This document shows positions 48,632 through 57,827 of a DNA stretch of 64,000 nt, piece by piece. The DNA lies in contig JBHLLP010000015.1 of the NCBI GenBank assembly GCA_048885525.1, forward strand, positions 1-64,000, read 5' to 3'. The position numbers and the translations under genes are program-made. This DNA comes from Candidatus Hermodarchaeota archaeon (lineage in GTDB: Archaea; Asgardarchaeota; Lokiarchaeia; Sigyniarchaeales; SOKP01). Each line of letters opens with the position of its first letter. The stretch's first letter is position 1. The notes beneath the pieces are model-generated. The model was not told where the DNA came from. It was given only the letters and a program-made list of their open reading frames with translations, and did no database searches.

Positions 48632-50743
48632 ATGTCAGAAAACTTAGTTGTTATAGACATAACTGATCGTGAACGAATTGTTCTCGATGGATCACAAAAT
48701 ATCAAAGAAATTTCAGGTAATGGAACACTGGTAATAAAAAATCCAACCCAAAGAAGTAGATTATGGAATTTGATATGCAACGTTAAAGAAAATGTAAATA
48801 CTTCATTGGAATCGAAGGAACTTACAGTAGGAACTTTAAATCCTGCTCAAGATTATAGAAAAGAATATCAGATTAGAGAATTAAAAAATTCTTCTTTAAA
48901 GGTTGAGGAAATATATGATACAGATAAAACAAATGCTACTAAAGTAAATAATGCATTTCTATATAAAATAGATAACAAATGTAGTTTAAAACTCATATTG
49001 ACAAATCCTCTAAACTTACCTATCTTAGATATTAAAGTGAAAAGGGATTTGCCACCATATATTCAAGAAATTGAAATGAGGAGTCCAAGTAATGGAGATG
49101 CTAATTTAAAAGAAGAGGATGGAAAACGAATCCTTGCTTGGGAGTTAATATCTTTAGAAGCAAATAATAGTGCTGAACTTGAGATTTTCTTTACAGTAAA
49201 TATAAAAGAATTATCTAGCCAAGAGCTTGGAGTCTTAACTGTTAATTATTTAATTAATAATTATAAATTGACAATGATGAATCCGGAGGTTAGAGGTTTA
49301 ACAGATTCGATGAGTGGAATTGAAAGAGATGAAGGGTCTCAACCTGGGATGTGGGATTGTAATGTTGAATTTATTAATGAATCTGGATTCCAAGTGAAGC
49401 TTGAAGATGTAAAAGTATCGCAAACAATACCAACTGGAGTAGAAATAGTAGTTTCTCAAACACCTGATAGAGTCTTAAGTCCCGATGAATCATGGGATTA
49501 TGATTTCCAAGTTGAAGCTAAGGATGTACCAGAATTGAGTTCAGAAATTGGATTTACACCATTATTTGTGGTGATTACAAGAGTTATCGGTGAAATTGTA
49601 AAAGAATCTACTATTTATGAAGTTTTAAGTGCAACTATTGATAAAGCTATAAATCCACTCGAAGTAGACGCGTATGCTAATACTGATATGGAAATCACAA
49701 ATACTATAGTAAATATTGGATCATCTCCAATTGATAAGTTTCTCTTATCAGATGAGCTTCCTTCTGATTTTCTTCCTCCTTTAGTTAAAGAAATAAAAAT
49801 TTTCTTGGCTGATATTGATATAAGTTCAAGAGAAGAATTCGTTCAAAAGATACTAATCGATCCTAGTGATCAAGATTTTTCTAAAAAACATCAAATTTAT
49901 GTCGAATTATTCAATCTTTCTAATGAATTTCTACCCGGGAAAAAGATCGAGATTACATATCCTCTTTTAGCAAGAAATCCGCGACCTCCTACTGAAACAA
50001 AATATATGACTCCTGTTAAAATAGAAATTAATAGTCCAGTAGAGGGTCAAAGCTTTATTAGAGAAACAGATGAAGAACCAGAATTAAAAGTTAGATATGT
50101 TAAACGTAAATTAAAAACCCTTAAAAGCATTAAACCAGGGTTAACTGAGGGAGAATTTAGCATTGGAGTAAGAGTTCAAAATAAAGGAGATGTTGAGTTA
50201 GAAAACGTACTTGTCAAAGATATTATTCCCTCTAGTTTTAGCTTAACTGAATTTACACCTCCTCTTGGTGCAACTCATGAAGTAGTGCAAGTAGGAGCTG
50301 TATCAGAATTACATATAAAAATTGGGGAGATAAAAGGCGGCGTATCGGTTAGTATAAACTATAATTGTTCTGGTTCTGGCGATTATCCTAGATCAGAACC
50401 TGTTGTTATTGTTGAAGGAAGAGGTGCTGGAGAATCATCAAGTTCCTCAGAAGCGCCTTCAGCTGAAAAAGAAACCCCAAAAGCTCATGTAACAAGCTCT
50501 CAAGCTGGCAAAATACATGAACTATTCATTGAAATATATAAAGCTATTGATCGCGCCCCTACTGGTGAAATGTTAGGAGATATATTAGAAAGGAGAAAGG
50601 ATGAATTCCCACCGGGACCAGTTCTTCATCAAATTTTAACATATGCTAAAGAAATGAAAGCTCTTGGAAATAAAATAGTCGTTGGTTCATTGCGAGATGA
50701 AGTAATGAATAGATTAAAAGAATTTAAGAGTAAGTATGCTTAA
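48632..50743 (+). CDS. Cytosolic multi-beta-sandwich protein with mu-homology-like N-terminus and helical C-terminal domain
   Basis: 703-aa ORF, no signal peptide or TM; repeated N.....DV.V.D..P Ig-like units; Ser-rich linker before a helical tail. Confidence 0.6.
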   Translation: MSENLVVIDITDRERIVLDGSQNIKEISGNGTLVIKNPTQRSRLWNLICNVKENVNTSLESKELTVGTLNPAQDYRKEYQIRELKNSSLKVEEIYDTDKTNATKVNNAFLYKIDNKCSLKLILTNPLNLPILDIKVKRDLPPYIQEIEMRSPSNGDANLKEEDGKRILAWELISLEANNSAELEIFFTVNIKELSSQELGVLTVNYLINNYKLTMMNPEVRGLTDSMSGIERDEGSQPGMWDCNVEFINESGFQVKLEDVKVSQTIPTGVEIVVSQTPDRVLSPDESWDYDFQVEAKDVPELSSEIGFTPLFVVITRVIGEIVKESTIYEVLSATIDKAINPLEVDAYANTDMEITNTIVNIGSSPIDKFLLSDELPSDFLPPLVKEIKIFLADIDISSREEFVQKILIDPSDQDFSKKHQIYVELFNLSNEFLPGKKIEITYPLLARNPRPPTETKYMTPVKIEINSPVEGQSFIRETDEEPELKVRYVKRKLKTLKSIKPGLTEGEFSIGVRVQNKGDVELENVLVKDIIPSSFSLTEFTPPLGATHEVVQVGAVSELHIKIGEIKGGVSVSINYNCSGSGDYPRSEPVVIVEGRGAGESSSSSEAPSAEKETPKAHVTSSQAGKIHELFIEIYKAIDRAPTGEMLGDILERRKDEFPPGPVLHQILTYAKEMKALGNKIVVGSLRDEVMNRLKEFKSKYA

Positions 50744-50841
50744 TTTTTCTTAAATTATCTAAAAACAATTTTATTTTTTTATATTTTATTGTAAATATTA
50801 GAATCATAGAATTTTATTTAAAAAAAGTGAAAGAGATATTT

Positions 50842-51198
50842 TTATAAATATATATTTAACTTATCTACATCATCTTGAATTATTGATATACGCTTCTTTT
50901 TCCCTTCTTCATCTTCAAATCCTTGAATATCTTCTTCTAAATCCAATTGTTCTTCTTCATATGCTTGTTCAATCATCATTCCATACCTCATAGCGGCAGC
51001 AACTAATTCAGGAATTAAGGAAATCATTGCTCTGAAACTAAAAATTCCAGATAACACTGAAAGTCTATTTATCATTTCACCGAATGGATCCTGATCCATT
51101 TCTGGTTTTTTCATTATATCCATTATTCTTTTAAATAACACTTCGTAGAATAATTCTCGCTCTTCCTTACTTAACTTTTCTTCTTCCTCTTCCATCAT
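50842..51198 (-). CDS. Small acidic helical protein with C-terminal HbYX-like tail (IYL)
   Basis: GAGGT SD before ATG; acidic linker; ends DKLNIYL. Confidence 0.75.
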   Translation of the reverse strand: MMEEEEEKLSKEERELFYEVLFKRIMDIMKKPEMDQDPFGEMINRLSVLSGIFSFRAMISLIPELVAAAMRYGMMIEQAYEEEQLDLEEDIQGFEDEEGKKKRISIIQDDVDKLNIYL

Positions 51199-51298
51199 GA
51201 ATACCTCGACTTTTATATAATATTGTTAAATTAAGAATTAAATTTAATTGATTTCAAATAGAATTAATTTATAGAAAAGATATAAAAATATAATATTT

Positions 51299-52375
51299 AT
51301 GAATGCTCGTGAGCGTTTTCTTGCTATTTTTGACGATATAAAACGTAAAGAGTTAGATAAAATTCCTACTCATGTACAATATGTAAGAGAGGAATTTATT
51401 TCCAAATATCGTAATGAAATTATGAACGATTATCAGGGAAGATTATTTAATAACATATATTTTGATATACCTTATATTTTAGGTTTTGAATCTATATTTG
51501 CACCGTTTCCTTTAAGCTATAAGATTAATTCGATCAGAGTGCGAGATTCCCAAGGAAAATTTACTAAAATTAAAGAAAATGGACAATCAATAAAACAAAA
51601 AACAACTTATTATGAAGGAGGCTTCATTAATACAACTGAAATTTTGGATGAATTATGGACAAATTTAAAAATTGTTGATAAAAGTAATTCTATTACGAAA
51701 TCTATTAATTATTATGAAAAATTAGCTCCCTATATATTTCCAGTATTAACGGTCGATGGGATTTTTGATAGAGTCTGGAAAAGTATGGGAATGACTATTT
51801 TTGCTAAAAATTTTCAAAAAAATACAAAACTCTACAAAAGTTTAATAGAATTTTATGCTGAATTAACAAAAATAAATATTAAAGGCCTGATTAACGCAAC
51901 GGGAGACAGAGGGAAAGTAGTCGCATTATTGGATGATGTTGCTTTTAAAGGTCGTTCCATGATATCTAAAGATAGATGGAATCAAGATTTTTTGCCTTGC
52001 TATAAAGAGATTCTCTCAATAATTTTAGACGCAAAAATGATTCCTATTATTCATACTGATGGCGATCCCACGGAATTAATTCCTTCATTTCAGAATGCAG
52101 GATTTAGAGGACTGCAAGGATGGGAGGGTGGTGCTGATCCAAAATATATTAATGAAAATTTCCCAGAATTTGTCATAATAGGATTTGGTGATGTAAGTTA
52201 TGTCCTTCCTTTTGGAGATCAAGAGCAAGTTCAAACTCATGTAAAAGAATTGATTAATATCCTAAAAAATAACAGGCGCTTCATTATAGGTCCAAGTACT
52301 GTTATTTTTCAAAAGATACCACTTAGAAATGTAAAAATTTTCATAAATGAAGTAACGAAATATGGCACATACTAA
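51299..52375 (+). CDS. URO-D superfamily protein
   Basis: MNARERF, DDVAFK...MIS, HTDGD, GWEGGAD, FIIGPS. Confidence 0.88.
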   Translation: MNARERFLAIFDDIKRKELDKIPTHVQYVREEFISKYRNEIMNDYQGRLFNNIYFDIPYILGFESIFAPFPLSYKINSIRVRDSQGKFTKIKENGQSIKQKTTYYEGGFINTTEILDELWTNLKIVDKSNSITKSINYYEKLAPYIFPVLTVDGIFDRVWKSMGMTIFAKNFQKNTKLYKSLIEFYAELTKINIKGLINATGDRGKVVALLDDVAFKGRSMISKDRWNQDFLPCYKEILSIILDAKMIPIIHTDGDPTELIPSFQNAGFRGLQGWEGGADPKYINENFPEFVIIGFGDVSYVLPFGDQEQVQTHVKELINILKNNRRFIIGPSTVIFQKIPLRNVKIFINEVTKYGTY

Positions 52376-52483
52376 ATAATTTCGGTAATAACAGCAAATA
52401 GATAAAAATAAATTATTTTACCTATAGTCGATTATTTAGTATAATTTAAAATTTTAAAGTTGTATAATATTTTGGAAAATAGC

Positions 52484-53128
52484 ATGATAATTATAATCAT
52501 AACTTTATTCATTTTCTTTCTAATAAACATTATTGTTTATTGGCAAATCGTTTTGAAACAGAAAATTGGTTTCAATAAATTTAATAAATTATATAAGAAA
52601 GCTTTCCCCATTATATGGTTTATTTCTACAACCCTTATCCCAATCATAAATTCCAGTTTTTTCCAACCGTTTTTCGAAGAGAATATTAGTTATTTTCATC
52701 AATATTGGTTGTGGTTTATGTTAATAGGTATAATCATAATTATTTTTGGAATCAAAATCCTTTCATTAATTAAAAAATTATTAAAAGCCGCAAATATTGA
52801 GGAAACCGGTCATAATTTAATAAAGACTGGTGTTTATGAGATAGCAAGACATCCTCAATATTTTTCATGGATTTTAATCTATTTAGGTATCACATTTATC
52901 TTAGATTCTTTTATAGCTATAATAACAATACCAATCTTACTGATTTTAACAGAACTTTTATGCTTTTTGGAAGAAAAATATTTACTCATTCCAAAATTTG
53001 GAGAAAATTATGATAGATACAAGAAAAAGACACCATATAAGTTGATTTCACCTCCTTATAATTATATATTTATAATTATGGGGCTTATAGTAGCTTATAT
53101 AGGATTTTTAAATATTATTAATATTTAA
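52484..53128 (+). CDS. ICMT/PEMT-family membrane methyltransferase
   Basis: LIKTGVY...RHPQY, EEKYL..KFGE.Y..YKKKTP. Confidence 0.85.
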   Translation: MIIIIITLFIFFLINIIVYWQIVLKQKIGFNKFNKLYKKAFPIIWFISTTLIPIINSSFFQPFFEENISYFHQYWLWFMLIGIIIIIFGIKILSLIKKLLKAANIEETGHNLIKTGVYEIARHPQYFSWILIYLGITFILDSFIAIITIPILLILTELLCFLEEKYLLIPKFGENYDRYKKKTPYKLISPPYNYIFIIMGLIVAYIGFLNIINI

Positions 53129-53150
53129 TCTATTAAAGAGGTGATGTTTA

Positions 53151-53657
53151 ATCAAAATAGCGATTTTGGCTACAGATGGATATGAAGATCTCGAGCTGCA
53201 TTATCCACTCATTAGATTGATTGAAGCGGGGTATGAAACTGAAGTGTTAAGTTTACAAAAAAGAGAAATTAAAGGAAAATACGGATATCCCATCAAACCT
53301 GATAAATTAGTAAGAGAAGCCAATCCTGATGATTATGATGGTGTGATAATACCTGGAGGCACAAAAAATCCTGATTATTTAAGGAGAGAGAAAGAAGTAC
53401 TCGAATTCGTTTCCAAAATCAATGAAAAGGGAAAATTAATAGGTGCTATTTGTCATGCTGGTTGGGTTTTAATTTCTGCAAAAATTATAAGAGGTCGTAA
53501 AGCAACTAGTTATTTTGCAATAAAGGATGATATGATAAATGCTGGTACTATATTTGAGGACTCTCCAGTTGTAATAGATAATAATTTGATTACTTCGCGT
53601 ATGCCAAGTGACTTACCTGATTTCATGAGAGCAGTCTTGAATTTTCTAGAGCGTTAA
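53151..53657 (+). CDS. pfpI: PfpI/DJ-1 family protease/deglycase; probable ATC start
   Basis: (M)KIAILATDGYEDLELHYP, IPGG, AICHA, TSR.P.DL; ATC 6 nt after GAGGTGA. Confidence 0.92.
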   Translation: MKIAILATDGYEDLELHYPLIRLIEAGYETEVLSLQKREIKGKYGYPIKPDKLVREANPDDYDGVIIPGGTKNPDYLRREKEVLEFVSKINEKGKLIGAICHAGWVLISAKIIRGRKATSYFAIKDDMINAGTIFEDSPVVIDNNLITSRMPSDLPDFMRAVLNFLER

Positions 53658-53684
53658 GAAAATCTAAAATAAAGTTTTGATTAT

Positions 53685-54908
53685 TTAATATAAACTTTTA
53701 ACCCGATGCATATCTTCTTTAAGAATTTCTAAGAAGATATTTATTTGTTCAATTTGCTTGTTAATTATTTCAATTTTTTTATCAATTATCTCTGAATCTG
53801 ATAGATCTTTTTTCTCCAAATCTTTCCTTACAATATTATACGTTCTTATTTGATTTAATATATTTTGCATTCTCTTTATTTTTACTTGAAATAATTTCTT
53901 GTATTTTTTAAGATCTTCCAGCTTTGTTTCAATACTGTCGATAAAATTGAAGCAAATATCAACATTTTCTTCTTTCTTTAAATTATTCGCGATTAATTCA
54001 ATACTCTTTAAATAAGTAATTACTAATTTTTGTTGTTCCTTATCAATTGATTCACCTTTAAAACTAGGTTCAGAACTTATCTCCTCCAATATATCTGAAG
54101 TATATTTTATATTAATTTTTTTTGAGAATTGGTTTATAGTCTCATTTATTTTAATCGATTCATCTGAAATTCCAGAATCATCAAGATCAATTATTAATTC
54201 TAATTCATCCAATTCTACCTTAGTAATTAATGGAGAAAATTTTACCTGCAATTTTTTCCTTCCATAATAATCGTTGTTTTGCCGGATAATTTGAGTATAC
54301 ATTTGTATAAATTCTTGTCCAATAGGTGCAAATAAAACTCCTCCATTTTCATCGAGTTGACATAAAAGAGGATTAATCTTCGATTGTTCAATTGCGCCCG
54401 TTACTAATATTTTCTGCCAAGGGCATAATTCTGGCATTCCCAAAAGAGGATTTTTTACTATTATTGAAATTTGATCATCTAGTTTTAATTTCTTTAGGTT
54501 TTCAGATGTAAATTTAGCGATTTCAGAATTTGCCTCAAGAATTATAATCTCTCCCTTGGGTGCTAATTTATGAGCTAAGGCTGCTATATATCCACTTTTT
54601 GCTCCCAAGATTAATAAATCGTCATTTTCAGTTAGAGAAAGCCCTTGAAGCATGATTGTTATCATATGGGGCGCAGAAATCGTTCTATAATTATTAGGAT
54701 TTTGCTCATCATAATAGAATAAATTTGGCACATCTTCATAAAGTTTAACTATATTTATGAATTTCTCTGGAATAAACTTCTCTAAAGGCACATCCATAAA
54801 TGCCTTAATTAATCGTTTATCTTTTAAGATATCATTTATAATTAAAGAATCTAATAAACGTTTTTTCTTTAATTTCAGTCGTTCCTTGATTCTTTCGTTT
54901 CTGTCCAA
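53685..54908 (-). CDS. Protein-L-isoaspartate O-methyltransferase-like domain with C-terminal coiled coil
   Basis: AF..VP.E.F, TISAPHM, (ILGAK)SGY.AAL, ILVTGA, QL..GG....PIG, F.PL; helical C-terminal extension of about 170 aa. Confidence 0.8.
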   Translation of the reverse strand: MDRNERIKERLKLKKKRLLDSLIINDILKDKRLIKAFMDVPLEKFIPEKFINIVKLYEDVPNLFYYDEQNPNNYRTISAPHMITIMLQGLSLTENDDLLILGAKSGYIAALAHKLAPKGEIIILEANSEIAKFTSENLKKLKLDDQISIIVKNPLLGMPELCPWQKILVTGAIEQSKINPLLCQLDENGGVLFAPIGQEFIQMYTQIIRQNNDYYGRKKLQVKFSPLITKVELDELELIIDLDDSGISDESIKINETINQFSKKINIKYTSDILEEISSEPSFKGESIDKEQQKLVITYLKSIELIANNLKKEENVDICFNFIDSIETKLEDLKKYKKLFQVKIKRMQNILNQIRTYNIVRKDLEKKDLSDSEIIDKKIEIINKQIEQINIFLEILKEDMHRVKSLY

Positions 54909-55004
54909 ATTTTATCAACTTTTTATATTAAAAAAATAATATAAAAACAAGTTATTATACTTTTTTATAATAAATCTTAACTGTCTTATTACGATTCTAA
55001 TCAT

Positions 55005-55592
55005 ATGATGGTCCTTGATGTTGAAACATTGAAAGATGCTAAAATAACATTAACTCTTATCTTTATTAATATATTGATTTTTTTCCTATTTAATTTGGCA
55101 GCCCCCACAGAATTTCTCCTCATTTTTGTCCAAATTAATAGAAATATAATAGAAAATTATGAGATATGGAGATTATTTACACCTATGTTTTTTCATGCAG
55201 ATCCAATACACTTATTTTCCAATATGATTGCTCTCCTGTTTTTTGGAGCAACAGTAGAAAATAATAGCTTCATATCGAAAACACAATATTTGTTTATTTA
55301 TTTTGCTTCAGGTATTATTGGTAATACATTTTCATTACTACTACTCCCATTAAATGCAATTAGCTTAGGAGCATCAGGAGCTATTTTTGGACTATTAGGG
55401 GTTGCTTTTATAATGATTGCAACAGATTTTCAACCCCTCTTGCTTTTTGCTTTATTTTATCTTGTTTTTTTTATTATTTATTCATTTACTCCTGGTATTA
55501 ATTATTGGGCTCATCTATTTGGATTATCAGGAGGTTTACTCTTTGGCTACTTATTCTATACTCGCAAAAAGAAAAATAGATTTATTTCCTGA
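55005..55592 (+). CDS. Rhomboid intramembrane serine protease
   Basis: WRLFT.MF.H, HLFSNM, GASGAIFG, AHLFG..GG. Confidence 0.95.
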   Translation: MMVLDVETLKDAKITLTLIFINILIFFLFNLAAPTEFLLIFVQINRNIIENYEIWRLFTPMFFHADPIHLFSNMIALLFFGATVENNSFISKTQYLFIYFASGIIGNTFSLLLLPLNAISLGASGAIFGLLGVAFIMIATDFQPLLLFALFYLVFFIIYSFTPGINYWAHLFGLSGGLLFGYLFYTRKKKNRFIS

Positions 55593-55668
55593 ATTTTTTT
55601 AATAACAATATCACATTTAAAATTCTAGAATGATTCATTACTGTGATTTATTCAATCATTCCTTAATA

Positions 55669-56337
55669 TCACTTACTTTTTTTTTTTTTTCTCCTCATTG
55701 CTACCTCCATTGAAAAATCTTTTGGACAATCAACATTGATAGAGCATATTTCACATTTTGGTCTGATTGGTATACATATTTGTTGTCCAAATCTTACAAA
55801 TAATCTATTCAATTTTAGCCAAAGTTCTTTAGGAATTGTATTTTTTAACTCTTTTTCTGTTTGTAGAGGATTCTTCGTTTTTACCCATCCTAATCTATTG
55901 CTTATTCGGTGTACATGCGTATCTACTGGAATAGCAGGCACATTAAATGCATACACTAATACACAATTAGCTGTTTTACTACCTACACCGGGTAAACTCA
56001 TCAATTCTTCATAATTTTCAGGAACACTACTATAGTATTTTTCTATTAAAACTTTTGATACTTCTTTTACTCGGGCAGCTTTAACTTTATAAAATCCTGA
56101 GGATTTAACAAGTTGCTCAATTTCTTCAATATCTGCTTCAGCGATTTCTTTTGGAGTCTTATATTTAGCAAATAATCTCTCAGTTGCAATTCTAGTATTC
56201 GCATCTTTAGTACGTGCTGATAATATTGTAGAGATTAAAATTTTAAAAGGATCCTGCTTCTTTTTAGCTAATTCATCTAAATGAGCTTCTCCTTCCAATT
56301 GTATTTCAATTTTATCTAATATCTCACTATAATTCAT
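55669..56337 (-). CDS. nth: Endonuclease III
   Basis: LPGVG.KTA HhH motif, VDTHVHR, C-x6-CxxC-x5-C Fe-S motif. Confidence 0.95.
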   Translation of the reverse strand: MNYSEILDKIEIQLEGEAHLDELAKKKQDPFKILISTILSARTKDANTRIATERLFAKYKTPKEIAEADIEEIEQLVKSSGFYKVKAARVKEVSKVLIEKYYSSVPENYEELMSLPGVGSKTANCVLVYAFNVPAIPVDTHVHRISNRLGWVKTKNPLQTEKELKNTIPKELWLKLNRLFVRFGQQICIPIRPKCEICSINVDCPKDFSMEVAMRRKKKKSK

Positions 56338-56343
56338 ATTTCC

Positions 56344-57750
56344 TCATTTTTTTTCTAATACATAAATCTTTCTTTTTACAATTTGACCCTTTTTAGCATC
56401 TATCAATGTCCTTACATGTTGTTTGCGAAACTGAAGTTTTGGATTAGATTTATTATTTAACCTATTAAGATCTAACATTGGAATAATTCTAAAATTATTC
56501 CTAGTAGCAATTTTCTCTATATTTACTTGAATATCGTTTCCATCTAAAGTACTAATAATAGGAGATATAAAACAAATTCTTGAATCAGGTTTTAAAATCT
56601 TATAAGCTTCGCGGAAGAACTCATTATATAATGGTTCTAATTCGTTATCTATTAATTCTTTAGCTTGAGTATAATATGGTTTTTTTGTATAAAATGGTCC
56701 TAATTCCGGTTCAGTACATATGCCATCAAAAAAGAAAGGTTCAAATATTTTAGATAAATTTCTTGCATCATGTTCTAAAATTCTTTTATCTGTAAAAGGA
56801 GGTATTTCTTCTTCCAATAACTCCAGCAACCAATGTATATTACGAATAGTATTACTTACTTTCTGACCATCAATATCAGATCCATATATTTGAAAATCCT
56901 GTAAAATAGCAAATAAAGCGATTGTACCATTTCCAATAAATGGATCGATAATTTTCTTACTTTCTCTTTTTTCATATAGATTCAAAAAATTTAATAATAT
57001 TAATACCAATTTGGGAGAAATTGCACTTTTAAACTCTGTAAATGGTCTTTTCTCATCAATCCTCTTTTTGAAGTTCGGATCGTCAGTCGTATATGTTCTT
57101 GCAATATAGACTCCTTCTTCAGTAAACCCAAAAACAATTTCTGCTCTGTGTTCTTTAAGTAAATCGTACTTAATTAAATGATGTGGAAATATGGGATTTA
57201 AATTACCTGCTTTAATATTTTTTTCAGGATATTGATAATATAATACCTTTTCAGAACCTCTTTTTTTCAGAATTTCCATTATTTCTTTATTTAGAAACGG
57301 TAAGAAATGTTTTATTAATATCTCAGAATAATATTCTTCATCATAAAGATTGGGATAAATTGAAACAGCAAAAAACATACTTTCGTAAATTTTCGGAAAA
57401 ATGCTATTTTTTCCAATAATTAAGTTATCAATAATATCTATAATCTTTTTTCTTGTTCTTTCGACATCTTTAAATTTTGTTATTTCGACTGGAAAGGCAT
57501 CTCGGATGGTATTAATATCAATAAAATCAAAAATTTTTGCGATCTTCTGGCATCCACCTAAAACAAATTGAACCTCCATGAGTTTATTAATATAATGTTT
57601 ATCTTGGTGTAATTTTTCAAATTCTACTACTGCTATATTAGCAGAATAATCGATTATTTTTCCTTTGTTTTGAGAATGATTAAGATAATGATCTAATTCT
57701 GCGATGGATAGCTGCCAATTTGAGCCTAGAATAAATAAAAATCTTTCCAT
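56344..57750 (-). CDS. Trm11-like (tRNA m2G10) SAM-dependent methyltransferase
   Basis: ISPKL, DPFIGNGTI, GSDID, DAR, ICTEPELG. Confidence 0.7.
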   Translation of the reverse strand: MERFLFILGSNWQLSIAELDHYLNHSQNKGKIIDYSANIAVVEFEKLHQDKHYINKLMEVQFVLGGCQKIAKIFDFIDINTIRDAFPVEITKFKDVERTRKKIIDIIDNLIIGKNSIFPKIYESMFFAVSIYPNLYDEEYYSEILIKHFLPFLNKEIMEILKKRGSEKVLYYQYPEKNIKAGNLNPIFPHHLIKYDLLKEHRAEIVFGFTEEGVYIARTYTTDDPNFKKRIDEKRPFTEFKSAISPKLVLILLNFLNLYEKRESKKIIDPFIGNGTIALFAILQDFQIYGSDIDGQKVSNTIRNIHWLLELLEEEIPPFTDKRILEHDARNLSKIFEPFFFDGICTEPELGPFYTKKPYYTQAKELIDNELEPLYNEFFREAYKILKPDSRICFISPIISTLDGNDIQVNIEKIATRNNFRIIPMLDLNRLNNKSNPKLQFRKQHVRTLIDAKKGQIVKRKIYVLEKK

Positions 57751-57827
57751 AATAAAAATAAATCAATATATAAGAAATAAAATAATCGATTCAATTTCTA
57801 TTTTTTGAGTTAAAGAAATATTATATT

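Noticed and set aside
55677-55690. 14-nt A/T homopolymer at the end of nth
   Set aside because: It encodes a Lys-rich tail a few codons before the stop; slippage would barely change the protein, so phase variation is unlikely.
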